Below, one piece after another: positions 29,487 through 39,688 of a DNA stretch of 64,000 bases. Under the pieces are notes generated by a model. That model had not been told where the DNA came from, searched no databases, and worked only from the letters and a program-made list of their open reading frames with translations. Each line of letters opens with the position of its first letter. The stretch's first letter is position 1. The DNA comes from an uncultured bacterium (GTDB lineage Bacteria > T1Sed10-126), in contig CAZVWJ010000001.1 in the NCBI GenBank assembly GCA_964631325.1, forward strand, positions 31,075 to 95,074. The letters are read 5' to 3'. The translations under genes and the position numbers were made by a program.

Positions 29487-30737
29487 CTACTTTGAATCAT
29501 CAAATACAAAATCCAGGTTGGGAAAACTTTTGATCACCTGAATAATCTGCCCCGGCGCTATAACTTCAACCTGATTACTTTTTCTAACAAATTCCAGGGC
29601 CGATCGGCTATAACCACCGGGAACCACCAGGTATCCCCGATTGTAATGTTCATCAATTACTTTTAGTTCAAACTCTTTAACCGGCCATTCCCCCACTTTG
29701 AAATCCCACTGTTTAAATCCAAAGAGAGCTCTTTCTGTTGACCACAAGCCAGACTCTTCCAGGGCCACGAAGAAAATTTCTTCTTCGTTAGAATTTTTGA
29801 TACGTTTGATTTTAAAGCCCATATTATTTACTATTTTCTTTGCTATCTCTTGAAATTTATCAGTTGAACAATTCAAAATACGCTCCAGGATCATTTCTCC
29901 TTCGGATTCTTCTATATAACTTTGTATAATCGAGCTTATATCTTTAAAATCAGGCTGTTCCAGATAAATTTGACGAAATTTTTCCATTGCTTCTTCCGAC
30001 CGGCCTTCTTTCTCCAGCAATCGTGCGTGAAAATACCGGGCTGTCAAACTGGCACTTTTAGATAATTCATTTTTTCTGTCCAACTCATATAGATCTTTTA
30101 AATAATCAGCCAGTTTTTCCTTCTTCTCAAGGGTAAAACATAGTTCAACAAGTTTAAGCGTAGCTTCTATATAAAGGCTCTTAATTCCTTCCTCCCGGGC
30201 AAGTTCATACATCCGAATGGCTTCCTCGTGCTGGCGGCCTTTACGAGCTGTATCAGCGACTTCAAAAACCACGGAAATATTTTCGGGGGCAACTTCCATG
30301 TATTGACTGTAATATCGAAGGGCTTCCTCTACGTTTCCCCGGTTTCGATAAATTCGAGCCAGATAGAGATAAACTTCCGGATACGATTCATCAGCCACCT
30401 CTACCGCCTTTTCAAGGTCCTCCAGGGCAGCTTCGTATTCTCTTTCCTGGAAATACAATTTCCCCCGCTGAGCCAGGGCGGCCATAGAATCCGGAGCCAG
30501 TTCCAGGTAATTGTCCCAGGCTTTAATCGCCTTGTGATTTTTTCCATTATTCTGGTATCTTCGGGCTAACCGAATTAAATTTTCTTTATCCTGAATCTGA
30601 TTCAAATCTCGAGTTTTTAAATTATTAGCCGGGGACCAATTTTCCGTTTTCCAATGAAACAGCCAGACCAGGGCCGTCACAACAGTAGCTAAAATTGATC
30701 CGAGAATAATCAAAAAAAAGGATAAAACAGGAGACAT
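29487..30737 (-). CDS. Membrane-anchored TPR protein with C-terminal Mrr-like restriction-endonuclease fold
   Basis: N-terminal TM, several TPRs, C-terminal FQEIAKKIVNNMGF...KQW..KVGEWPVKEF...FVRK. Confidence 0.65.
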   Translation of the reverse strand: MSPVLSFFLIILGSILATVVTALVWLFHWKTENWSPANNLKTRDLNQIQDKENLIRLARRYQNNGKNHKAIKAWDNYLELAPDSMAALAQRGKLYFQEREYEAALEDLEKAVEVADESYPEVYLYLARIYRNRGNVEEALRYYSQYMEVAPENISVVFEVADTARKGRQHEEAIRMYELAREEGIKSLYIEATLKLVELCFTLEKKEKLADYLKDLYELDRKNELSKSASLTARYFHARLLEKEGRSEEAMEKFRQIYLEQPDFKDISSIIQSYIEESEGEMILERILNCSTDKFQEIAKKIVNNMGFKIKRIKNSNEEEIFFVALEESGLWSTERALFGFKQWDFKVGEWPVKEFELKVIDEHYNRGYLVVPGGYSRSALEFVRKSNQVEVIAPGQIIQVIKSFPNLDFVFDDSK

Positions 30738-30783
30738 TATTATTCCCTCAAAGCACTCTAATATCAGCTATAGTCTAATTGTA

Positions 30784-30903
30784 ATGAGTCCACTATAAAA
30801 AGGGCTTAAACCAATTTTAAAAATCCCAGAAGGCCTTTAAAACCCATTTTCACCCCCATCTAAATCTTCCCCCGTCAGGGGGAAAATATTAGGTGAGGAG
30901 TTA
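30784..30903. repeat. REP-like modular repeat
   Basis: Homologous to 27192-27320; ends in the AGGTGAGGAGTTA TIR-like motif. Confidence 0.75.
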
Positions 30904-31028
30904 CCCTTAATTAATGCTATCACAAAATTTGGGCAGCGGAAATTAAAATATCGGAGAGAGAGAGGACTAAAGTGCAATAAAACGTTCCTACCGGAAAACA
31001 ATTACCCTGATTATAAAAAAAGGAAGGT

Positions 31029-31127
31029 TAACTATTCACCTATCCCCTCTCCCCTGGCGGGAGAGGGCCTGCCCTGCGTACGTCAGGATTTTCCCCCATC
31101 AGGGGGAAAAAATTTGATGAGTAGTTA
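31029..31127. repeat. TIR-bounded REP-like element (short)
   Basis: TAACTATTCACCT ... TGATGAGTAGTTA; CCCTCTCCCCTGGCGGGAGAGGG and TTCCCCCATCAGGGGGAA hairpins. Confidence 0.8.
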
Positions 31128-31179
31128 CAAGGAATGTTTTTAGAAAGGGATATTGGCCATGGAAGTGTTTTTTATAAAA

Positions 31180-31608
31180 TTAGTTACCGGTAAATTTGCC
31201 GTAAATCTTATCGGCCAGGCCAAAGTTAGAGTTTTCAGCAACGAGCTGAGAATATTTTCTATCAAGGTGAGAGCGAAACATTTTGCCTCCGTAACCACCA
31301 TTTAACAATTTTGAGTCCGGAATAGTTTTGCGCATCTGTTTCATTAACATGCCAACCATAAGTCCTTCTAATTTATTAGCCGCTTCTCTTAATTTATTTT
31401 TCCTTTCTTCCGGAGATCTTTTTTCAACTCCGGGTTTATCGAGTTCATAAGCTTCGTTGTTTTCACCGGATTGTTCCAGAGGAATGGTATTATCAGCAGC
31501 CTCATTCAAATCAAATGTCTTATTCTGACTCATAAGGTTATTAGCATTAAACTGCTGATTGTTTGCCTGTTCACTTTGCTCAACCATATTCCGGGCCTGT
31601 GCGGCCAT
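31180..31608 (-). CDS. flgJ: FlgJ-like rod-binding protein (no muramidase domain)
   Basis: KLREAA..LEG.....LMKQMRKT, MF...LD..YS...A...FGLADKIY; follows flgI. Confidence 0.85.
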   Translation of the reverse strand: MAAQARNMVEQSEQANNQQFNANNLMSQNKTFDLNEAADNTIPLEQSGENNEAYELDKPGVEKRSPEERKNKLREAANKLEGLMVGMLMKQMRKTIPDSKLLNGGYGGKMFRSHLDRKYSQLVAENSNFGLADKIYGKFTGN

Positions 31609-31681
31609 TGCATTCAGCTTTCCTTTCTGGGCCTGAGACAGAGCCGTAGTGGCGCCGGCCGGGGAAGAGGCGAAAGAAATC

Positions 31682-32719
31682 TTACATCAACTCCAGGGGA
31701 GCATTGAGCGCCCCGGAACGATGAAGGGCTTCCAGTATTGCTATCACTGCGTCAGTAGAAGCCCCGACAGTATTCAGTGACTTAACAACGTCGCGGACAG
31801 TAGTGGCTTCAGGCAACATAACAGTTTCCCCGGAGGAAGCCCCTTCCTGGTCCCCGCCATCAACCTGAATGGAAATATCGCCGTGAGTTATTGCAACCGG
31901 CCGCACTGCTATGCTCTCTCCCATTACCACTGTTCCGGTTCGTTCATTTATAATAATTTTACTTTTATTGCCCGGTTTAATTTGCAGATTTTGAATACCG
32001 GAGATAAATTCGACCGGATTATTCTGATATTTTCTTGGAATTTTAACTCGAATTGTATTGGCATTTTCCGGCTGAGCCAACCGCCGCTGAAATTCACTGT
32101 TAACGACCCGGGCGACCCGAGACGCTGTGGTGAAGTTACTCTTATGGAGTTGAAACTTGACGTTAGAATTATCACCAACAAACTTAAAAGGAACTTCGCG
32201 CTCCACGAGAGCCCCATTGGGCATAGTCACCGTGGTCAGGTGGCGATCGTCCCCTGCACCTCCCTTGGTAATCGGTCCCTGGGCAACGGCATATATTTTA
32301 CCGTTAGCGGCTTTAAGCGGAGCCTGCATCAACACTCCACCGGAAAGGTCATCGGCACTGCCAATTGAACTAACTGTCACATCAATTTTATCGCCGGATT
32401 TTTTAAAAGGAGGCAAAGTGGCAGTCACCATCACTGCCGCAATATTATCAAGCTGAGCCTGTGCTGGATTCTGAATCCTGATCCCCAGCCGCTGAAGGGC
32501 ATTGGCAATTGCCCGATTAACAAAACCAATCCCTCCGTCTCCGGTTCCAGCCAGGCCCACGACTATTCCGAAGCCCTTGAGCTGGTTCTGGCGCATCCCC
32601 ACCACGCGGGATAAATTTTTCAGGGGAACTGTTACCCGCGATTGGGCACAGACAACTGTCGGACAGATCAACAGTAATAGAAAAGTGACTATTTTTACTG
32701 TTAATTTACTTGAGAACAT
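31682..32719 (-). CDS. flgI: Flagellar P-ring protein
   Basis: NQLKGFGIVVGLAGTGD, AAVMVTATLPPF, IIINERTGTVV, GALNA. Confidence 0.95.
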   Translation of the reverse strand: MFSSKLTVKIVTFLLLLICPTVVCAQSRVTVPLKNLSRVVGMRQNQLKGFGIVVGLAGTGDGGIGFVNRAIANALQRLGIRIQNPAQAQLDNIAAVMVTATLPPFKKSGDKIDVTVSSIGSADDLSGGVLMQAPLKAANGKIYAVAQGPITKGGAGDDRHLTTVTMPNGALVEREVPFKFVGDNSNVKFQLHKSNFTTASRVARVVNSEFQRRLAQPENANTIRVKIPRKYQNNPVEFISGIQNLQIKPGNKSKIIINERTGTVVMGESIAVRPVAITHGDISIQVDGGDQEGASSGETVMLPEATTVRDVVKSLNTVGASTDAVIAILEALHRSGALNAPLELM

Positions 32720-32736
32720 GTGCAAATCACCTGTAT

Positions 32737-33387
32737 TCACCAGAAAAGGACGTTTTTAATGAAGACCCAGGTAGAACCAATCAGACCGCTGGGCTCACCG
32801 TTGCGCAGTCCAAGCTGGCCTTCGTAATATATTTCTGCATCAGCAATTCTATCCGAAGGAATGGTATTATCCGGCCGCACATCGCGCCGGCGGGCAAATC
32901 CTTCGATAGTAATTGTCTTGACCTCGTCGCCAATTTTTATCTTCCTGCTCCCGCGCAACCTCATAACTCCCTGTTCGTCAATATCTTTTACGCGGACTGA
33001 GATAGTCGTATTCAGACTGCCGGAAAGATCAGAATTTCGTTCTGATTCGTAGTTAGAACCGCCTGAAAAAGCGGCACCAAAGAAGGGAATCCAGGAGACC
33101 AGGCTGTTGGCAATAGTGGAATTTTCACTACCTTCATTGGCGCTTCCCCCGACTTCCATTGATTTCTCCCGCTCCCGGGTAGAGTCAGTAGTTGCCGAAG
33201 CCGACTCAGAAATTGAAATTTTTACCAGGTCTCCTTCGGCTACGGCTACTTTATCCGAATACTGACTGAGTTTATCGGAACCGTGATTTTCCCACAGGGA
33301 GGCTGCGTTAGCGGGGGGGAGCAAAGAGATGAAACCAAATAATCCTACCAGCACCAGAGTAACTAATTTATTTTCCTGCAGCACCAT
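32737..33387 (-). CDS. flgH: Flagellar L-ring protein
   Basis: GDLVKISISE, G.L.TTISVRV, RRDVRPDNTI.S..IADAEI.Y. Confidence 0.9.
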   Translation of the reverse strand: MVLQENKLVTLVLVGLFGFISLLPPANAASLWENHGSDKLSQYSDKVAVAEGDLVKISISESASATTDSTREREKSMEVGGSANEGSENSTIANSLVSWIPFFGAAFSGGSNYESERNSDLSGSLNTTISVRVKDIDEQGVMRLRGSRKIKIGDEVKTITIEGFARRRDVRPDNTIPSDRIADAEIYYEGQLGLRNGEPSGLIGSTWVFIKNVLFW

Positions 33388-34357
33388 TTTTCACCAACAC
33401 CTTCCTTCTATCTATTACTTCGGCATAAACCTGCTCTTCACTTGAACGATTTTCTACAATGATTTTATCCCCCCGGTGACCGTTATCCTGCGCAACTCCT
33501 TGAGTCGTAATTACTATTCCCCCCATTTCATAACGCATATTCACTTCTTCATTTCGCTCAACAAGAAGAGGTTTTTTTAGATAACGGTTGTGAACAGCTT
33601 TCCCCGCCGGGATAAGCTGAGTGGTTTCATAGCCCCGGACCGCTTCTGTATCAGTTAATACGTCCCCTTTGAAATGTTTGATTTCTTTTTTCCTCAACTC
33701 AAAATCATCCGTGGTCACTTTAGTTCCTTCCGTGATTTTCCGAGTGGTGACTACTACTTTTCGAAAATCACGCACCCGGGCGTTAACGCGGAAAGTATTA
33801 GTAATTGTCCGGCCCTGGCGAACTTTGATTTTATACCAATTAGTTTCATGCAATTTGTGATAAGGACTTATCTCCCCTAACTCCAGTTGATATTGTCCGG
33901 GTGAAATTTTAACCGATTGGGGGACTCGGATAAGCTTGATTTTTCTCAGGTTATCCTGACCCAATTGTTTTTTTAACAGTTGCTCGACAGGAGTAAAAAT
34001 TTCTTCTCGGGTGAGTTTGCGAGCCGGTCTATGAACGTTAGCGTAAATTTCCTGTCCCTTGAATTTGGGGAGAGGCTTATCAGCTTCTCGCGCACACATC
34101 ATAATGTAACCGCGGCTAATAAATTTTCCCCGGCCCGGGTCGGGTAAATTACCAAGGTAAATTTCTTCCAGCCCCGGGGGCAACCCCCCCTTGATTATCC
34201 GAGACAACGACAGTGGGGGTTTTTTCACCGTAACTTCGGATTTTAGTTCCACCGCCCTGGAACTGGCTGCGGCGGCGGGGGATATTCCCCAGCCGCCGCC
34301 AGAAATAAGTGCGATTAACACTAAACCGATGAGAAGTCTTTTTAGCCAGTTCATCAT
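33368..34357 (-). CDS. flgA: Flagellar P-ring formation chaperone
   Basis: SAF domain; LVERNEEV...G..AQDNGHRGDKI.VEN..S. Confidence 0.85.
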   Translation of the reverse strand: MMNWLKRLLIGLVLIALISGGGWGISPAAAASSRAVELKSEVTVKKPPLSLSRIIKGGLPPGLEEIYLGNLPDPGRGKFISRGYIMMCAREADKPLPKFKGQEIYANVHRPARKLTREEIFTPVEQLLKKQLGQDNLRKIKLIRVPQSVKISPGQYQLELGEISPYHKLHETNWYKIKVRQGRTITNTFRVNARVRDFRKVVVTTRKITEGTKVTTDDFELRKKEIKHFKGDVLTDTEAVRGYETTQLIPAGKAVHNRYLKKPLLVERNEEVNMRYEMGGIVITTQGVAQDNGHRGDKIIVENRSSEEQVYAEVIDRRKVLVKNGAAGK

Positions 34358-35145
34358 TACTTAAGTAATGTAGTCGCCCGGCGCAGCATCCGGGAAGAAG
34401 CTTTAATTGTCTTGTGATTAAACTCGTAAGCACGCTGCATAGAAATCAGTTTTGTCAGCGAAGAAATAACATCCACGTTTGAAGACTCCAGAAACCCCTG
34501 CTGAATTTCACCGGCTCCCTCAGTGCCCGGAGTAGAGACCGTCGGGGTACCGGAAGCGGGTGTCTCGGTGAATAAGTTCGAACTTTCTGCTTTTAAACCG
34601 GCCGGATTGACGAAAGTAGCAAGCTGGAGCTGACCTACGTTTACGGGAGCAGCTTGGCCGGGAACAGACGCGGAAACAGTGCCATCCTGGCGGACAGTAA
34701 CCCCGTTGGCGTCCTCCGGGATAGTAATGTTTGGTTGAACGTATTGTCCATCAGCAGTGACAAGATTTCCTTCGCCGTCCATTTTCAGGGCACCGTCACG
34801 GGTATAAGCGGTGCCGCCGTCAGCTGTCTGGATCTGGAAAAAACCATCCCCTTTTATCATCAAATCGAGGGGGTTTTCCGTTCGCTTAGCATTACCCTGA
34901 GTATAAACCTTAGAAGTCGAACCGGTGCGAACTCCCATCCCGACCGAAACACCGGTAGGATGTTCGGTGGCCTCCGCTGACGGAGCGCCCGGATTTTTCA
35001 AATATTGATAAAATAAATCCTCAAAATTGGCCCGATCACGTTTGAATCCGTTGGTGTTAATATTGGCCAGGTTGTTGGCCGTAACATCAACGTTAAACTG
35101 CTGGGCCCGCATTCCAGTAGCACCTGTATACAGACTGCGAATCAT
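34357..35145 (-). CDS. flgG: Flagellar basal-body rod protein
   Basis: MIRSLYTGATGM.AQQ..VD..ANNLAN, FEDLFYQ, LESSNVD. Confidence 0.95.
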   Translation of the reverse strand: MIRSLYTGATGMRAQQFNVDVTANNLANINTNGFKRDRANFEDLFYQYLKNPGAPSAEATEHPTGVSVGMGVRTGSTSKVYTQGNAKRTENPLDLMIKGDGFFQIQTADGGTAYTRDGALKMDGEGNLVTADGQYVQPNITIPEDANGVTVRQDGTVSASVPGQAAPVNVGQLQLATFVNPAGLKAESSNLFTETPASGTPTVSTPGTEGAGEIQQGFLESSNVDVISSLTKLISMQRAYEFNHKTIKASSRMLRRATTLLK

Positions 35146-35214
35146 AGGAAGATCACCTCAAAAAAATTCAAAACCTTAACTTTTTCGCTTTTATACTTTT
35201 CAAAACCCCCGCTA

Positions 35215-36009
35215 TTACGCCTTGCCAATAGTTTTAATTGCCTGAGCAAGCGCTTTATTCTGTTTATTCATCACGTCGCCCTGCATATTGTACAGACGGT
35301 TCAATTCGATCATTCGAACCACGTGTTTAATCGGTTTTGTATTAGACCTCTCCAGGGCGCCCTGTTTAATTTTAAAATCCTTTCTATCAGCCTGATCAAC
35401 GATCGGATTGTTAGGCCCCTGCCGATAAAAATTTTGTCCCATGTTGCGTAATTTTTGCAAATTTTCAAACTGAGTAATCTCTAATTTTCCAAGCACCTGG
35501 TTATTACCATCGACAATTGTGCCGTCTCCGGTAACCGCTAATTCCTTTATATTGGGGTTTACTGTAAGTGGCCCGTTTTCCCCCATAACTTGCACCCCCT
35601 TGGAGGTGACCAACTGGTTCTCCGAATTTATTCGAAAAGCACCGTTCCGGGTGTAGACCTCATTACCGTTTTCCAGTTGAATTGTAAAAAAACCATCCCC
35701 GAGGATAGCAAGATCGAGCGGGTTCTGTGATTTCCGAAGACTTCCCTGGGTGTAATTAGTGTAACCCCCGTCCGAAGCTACCCCGGTGTTCAACTGGCCA
35801 ATATACGGCGGGTCATCAACTGTACCCATCGGGAGCTCCTTCTGATTATCTCCGGTTTGGTACATGTCATTTTCCGGATATGCTTTAGAAACCATTATTT
35901 CTTGTTTGAAGCCAGGGGTAGTAACATTAGCCAGATTATTCGCTGCCACATCGAGGCGCTTCTGGCCGTGAAGCATTCCACTGGCTGCCGTGTATAAACC
36001 ACGAATCAT
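35215..36009 (-). CDS. flgF: Flagellar basal-body rod protein FlgF/FlgG family
   Basis: MIRGLYTAASGM, ANNLANVTTPGFK, YTRNGAF, QGALERSN. Confidence 0.85.
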   Translation of the reverse strand: MIRGLYTAASGMLHGQKRLDVAANNLANVTTPGFKQEIMVSKAYPENDMYQTGDNQKELPMGTVDDPPYIGQLNTGVASDGGYTNYTQGSLRKSQNPLDLAILGDGFFTIQLENGNEVYTRNGAFRINSENQLVTSKGVQVMGENGPLTVNPNIKELAVTGDGTIVDGNNQVLGKLEITQFENLQKLRNMGQNFYRQGPNNPIVDQADRKDFKIKQGALERSNTKPIKHVVRMIELNRLYNMQGDVMNKQNKALAQAIKTIGKA

Positions 36010-37272
36010 TTATGGTCCCTCCGCCGGCGCTCGTTTCATCTGAGCGCCAAGATTTTCTAATTTTTCTTCCAGCTTTTCGTAACCTCGATCAAGATGATAA
36101 ATTCTTCTTACTTCGGTTGTTCCTTCAGCGGCGAGGCCGGCAAGCACAAGAGCTGCCGAGGCCCGCAGATCCGTAGCCATCACCGGAGCTCCTTCTAATT
36201 TTTTTACACCGTGAATTGCCACGGAATTGCCGTCTATTTTAATATCGGCACCAAGCCGCTCCAGTTCAAGCACATGCATAAACCTATCCTCAAAAATAGT
36301 CTCCTTGATAGTAGAAGTTCCACTGGCGCGGGCGAGCATTGCCGTAAACTGGGCCTGCATATCAGTTGGAAACCCCGGGTAAGGCATCGTTACGATATCA
36401 ATTGGTTCTGGCGGAAAATTGGCTTTGAGGCTAATAGCGGATTCTTCGCGACTAATTTCCATCCCGGCCTGTTCAAGCTTATTCAACACTGCCTGGAGTA
36501 AGTTGGGATCAGTATTGACCGTTTCAATCTCACCGACGGTAATTGCTCCGGCTGTAAGGTAGGTCCCGGTTTCAATTCTATCCGGTATCACCCGGTGCTC
36601 AACGCCATGTAGGCTCTCTACTCCGGTAATCTCAATTCGATCCGACCCGGCTCCTTCAATAGACCCTCCCATTTGATTAATCAACCTGCCAAGGTCAGCT
36701 ATTTCCGGTTCACAGGCCGCGTTTTCAATCACTGTTTTGCCCCGGGCCAATGAAGCGGCCATTAACAGGTTTTCAGTCGCCCCCACCGAGGGAAAGTCCA
36801 GCGCAATTTCTGTCCCTTCCAGTTGAGAAGCTCGGGCTTCAATCGTTCCCTCATTCAATTCAATTTCTGCTCCGAGTGATTCCAGACCAGCCAGATGCAA
36901 ATCTATCGGCCGACTACCAATAGCACAGCCCCCGGGCAAAGAGACCCGTGCTTCTCCGAGCCGGCCCAGCAAAGGTCCAAGCACTAACACCGAAGCCCGC
37001 ATTTTCTTAACCAGATCATAAGGAGCGGAATTATTTGAGGCCGCCCGGTTATCAATTTCCATTTCTGCCGATTCAAACATAACCTGACTGCCAAGATTAC
37101 TCAGTAATTTACTCATAGTATAAATATCATTAAGCTCGGGAACATTGGTGAGCCGAAACTGTCCCTCACTGAGCAGGGTGGCAGCGATAATCGGCAGGGC
37201 CGCGTTTTTAGCACCGCTGATTGGAACCGTACCGTAAAGCGGCTTGCCTCCGTCAATTATTAATTTCTCCAC
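36010..37272 (-). CDS. murA: UDP-N-acetylglucosamine 1-carboxyvinyltransferase
   Basis: GAKNAALP, MRAS, PGGCAIG, PGFPTDMQ, DLRAS, HLDRGY. Confidence 0.97.
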   Translation of the reverse strand: MEKLIIDGGKPLYGTVPISGAKNAALPIIAATLLSEGQFRLTNVPELNDIYTMSKLLSNLGSQVMFESAEMEIDNRAASNNSAPYDLVKKMRASVLVLGPLLGRLGEARVSLPGGCAIGSRPIDLHLAGLESLGAEIELNEGTIEARASQLEGTEIALDFPSVGATENLLMAASLARGKTVIENAACEPEIADLGRLINQMGGSIEGAGSDRIEITGVESLHGVEHRVIPDRIETGTYLTAGAITVGEIETVNTDPNLLQAVLNKLEQAGMEISREESAISLKANFPPEPIDIVTMPYPGFPTDMQAQFTAMLARASGTSTIKETIFEDRFMHVLELERLGADIKIDGNSVAIHGVKKLEGAPVMATDLRASAALVLAGLAAEGTTEVRRIYHLDRGYEKLEEKLENLGAQMKRAPAEGP

Positions 37273-37457
37273 GAAATACAAACACCTTTTCTAATCGGAT
37301 AGTTGGATGGGCCAATAAAATTTATGATGTTTGCTGTATTGAGTGGATTGATTAAAAGCGATATTTACTGGTGTGTCTATTTCAGTCCCTTGTGTGTCCA
37401 TTCTCATTTGTCGGGAAAGAAGAGAAAAAAGTTAAGTAATAAGTGGAAAAAATAAAT

Positions 37458-38291
37458 TTAGCGGGTAAAAGTTAGATACCGGCAACGACCGAACGAGTCT
37501 TTTCGGAGAGTATAATTTTTCCAGGTAAGTCTATCAGTACTCTGTTCGAGCAATTCATCAAAGAGCTGTTTGGTTCCCTCCAACCAGAGCTCCCCGCCTT
37601 TTTTTAGACGAGTGTGGGACTGCCGCAAAAAGGTGAGATAAAAATTAATTCCGGACGGCGGAAGATTTACTGCCAAATCAGGTTCATATTTTTCCACCGA
37701 ATCGGCTAATTTTTCTTCCGACTTAACGTAGGGAAGGTTAGCGACAATACCGGCCAATTTCAGGTGAAGGGGGCCTAACCTATCGGCACCTACTAATTTC
37801 AGGTTCCAACCATTTAACTCCCGGTTCTCCGCCGCCAGTTTAATTGCCGGTAAATAAGCGTCCGTGGCCAGGACCCGGCGTTGAGTAGACTGACACAGCC
37901 AGCCGGCGATAAAACCCGTGCCGGTTCCGCAATCAACCAGCGGGCCCGGTGGTAAATCCGGAACCCGGTCCGCAAACCGGCGAGTTAGCGTTTCTGTCTC
38001 GGCCCGGGGTATCAGGGCGCGTGGATCAGTTTTCAAAGTCAGTTGATCCACGTGACAGTGGCCGAGAATATACTCCAGTGGTTCACCCTCTGAGCGACGG
38101 AAAAAGAGTTTTTTAAGTGGAACCGGTTGTTTGAGAAAGGAAGTATTTACCTGGTTATTTTCAGGCTCAAAATGAGATTCAATTTCTGTTTTTTCCCAGG
38201 CGGGAAACTTATTGTACCAGGCGGGAAATATCGGTTTCTTCTTCAATTTCTTCCAACTTGCGTAGCTTGTCCGATTTTTGAAGAGCATCAA
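37458..38291 (-). CDS. prmC: Release factor glutamine methyltransferase (start uncertain)
   Basis: RRSEGEPLEYILG, LIPRAETE, DCGTGTG, ANLPY; follows prfA. Confidence 0.8.
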   Translation of the reverse strand: MMLFKNRTSYASWKKLKKKPIFPAWYNKFPAWEKTEIESHFEPENNQVNTSFLKQPVPLKKLFFRRSEGEPLEYILGHCHVDQLTLKTDPRALIPRAETETLTRRFADRVPDLPPGPLVDCGTGTGFIAGWLCQSTQRRVLATDAYLPAIKLAAENRELNGWNLKLVGADRLGPLHLKLAGIVANLPYVKSEEKLADSVEKYEPDLAVNLPPSGINFYLTFLRQSHTRLKKGGELWLEGTKQLFDELLEQSTDRLTWKNYTLRKDSFGRCRYLTFTR

Positions 38292-39273
38292 TTAATTCGT
38301 CCAGGTCCCCATCAAGGATGTCTTCCAGGTTATAAAGATCAAGCTCAATACGATGGTCGGTAACGCGCGACTGGGGGAAGTTGTAGGTCCGGATTTTTTC
38401 ACTGCGATCGCCGCTGCCCACCTGGTCCCGGCGCGACTCCCGACGTTCTTTTTGCTGTTTCTGCCGGGCCTGTTCGTAAAGACGGGAACGAAGAATTTTC
38501 ATGGCCCTGGCCCTATTTTTATGCTGGGAACGCTCATCCTGGCACTCAACTACAATCCCACTCGGTTCGTGAGTTATCCGGACTGCGGAATCAGTCATAT
38601 TCACGTGCTGGCCCCCGGCTCCACTGGCCCGAAAAGTATCAATTTCCAGGTCCTGCCGGTCAATATTCACGTCAATTTCACGAGCCTCGGGAAGGACAGC
38701 CACCGTAGCGGCGCTGGTATGAATGCGCCCCCCAGATTCAGTTTCCGGTACCCGCTGAACCCGATGTATTCCGCTTTCAAACTGGAGCTGGCCAAACGCG
38801 CCCGAGCCATTAATCATGGCGGTCAATTCCTTATAGCCGCCATGATCCGCTTCACTGAGATCAACGATTTCAGTTTCCCATCCCTGGTTGCCGGCATACC
38901 GCTTGTACATCCGAAAGAGATCAGCTACAAACAGTGCCGCTTCTTCACCACCGGTGCCCGCTCGAATTTCCAGAACCAGGTTACGGTCGGCATCAGGATC
39001 ATCAGGAATTATCTGTTCCTTCAGCTTCTCCTTCAACCGGGCTAATTCAGCCTCTAATTGGTCAACTTCCTCCACCGCCAACTCAGCCATTTCGCCGGAC
39101 TCCGATTGAGCCAGCTCCCGGCTTTCTTCCAGCTCACTGGAAGTATCTTTATAGCGACGGAAAGTCTGGACCACGGGCTTGATTCGGGAATGTTCCCGGG
39201 AAAGTTTCTGAAACTCCTCCCCGGGGATTTCGGCGGGCTTATTTAACTGCACCTCAAGCTGTTTCAGACGCAA
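38209..39273 (-). CDS. prfA: Peptide chain release factor 1 (true start probably up to 39315)
   Basis: GTGGEEA, VQRVPETE, ASGAGGQHVN, GSGDRSEKIRTYN. Confidence 0.97.
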   Translation of the reverse strand: MRLKQLEVQLNKPAEIPGEEFQKLSREHSRIKPVVQTFRRYKDTSSELEESRELAQSESGEMAELAVEEVDQLEAELARLKEKLKEQIIPDDPDADRNLVLEIRAGTGGEEAALFVADLFRMYKRYAGNQGWETEIVDLSEADHGGYKELTAMINGSGAFGQLQFESGIHRVQRVPETESGGRIHTSAATVAVLPEAREIDVNIDRQDLEIDTFRASGAGGQHVNMTDSAVRITHEPSGIVVECQDERSQHKNRARAMKILRSRLYEQARQKQQKERRESRRDQVGSGDRSEKIRTYNFPQSRVTDHRIELDLYNLEDILDGDLDELIDALQKSDKLRKLEEIEEETDISRLVQ

Positions 39274-39314
39274 TTCCAGCTCTTCAAGCTGGGACTCAAA
39301 GGAAAGCTCGCTAA

Positions 39315-39590
39315 TTACTCTTCAGCCTCTTCCCCTTCATCCTCCTCGCCAATATTGCCGTATTTACGTTCGAACCTTTCAACTCTACCTTCAGTATCAA
39401 CCAACTTTTGTTCGCCGGTGTAGAAGGGATGACTGCCGGAGGAAACTTCCACTTCCCGCAGTGGATATTCTTCTTCATCCACGGTGGTAGTCTGATCCGT
39501 TTCGAGAGTCGAACCGATTATAAACTCCTCGTCGGAAGAAACATCCCGAAAAACTACGTCACGAAATTCGCTTTCGATTGTTTCTGCCAT
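39315..39590 (-). CDS. rpmE: 50S ribosomal protein L31, type B (Zn-free)
   Basis: [27 protein letters not shown]; no Cys; RBS before ATG 39590. Confidence 0.92.
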   Translation of the reverse strand: MAETIESEFRDVVFRDVSSDEEFIIGSTLETDQTTTVDEEEYPLREVEVSSGSHPFYTGEQKLVDTEGRVERFERKYGNIGEEDEGEEAEE

Positions 39591-39688
39591 TTTAGACACC
39601 TCACTTAAACTGTGATCAAATTTTACCTGCACTATTATATCGCTTATTCAACTAACAGTCACCATTTTTTTACCCGGGAGTGGGAAAA

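Noticed and set aside
31609-31684. Non-AUG extension of flgJ (ATT near the flgI stop)
   Set aside because: The frame is open, but the extension is low-complexity with no conserved motif; the ATG at 31608 is adequate.
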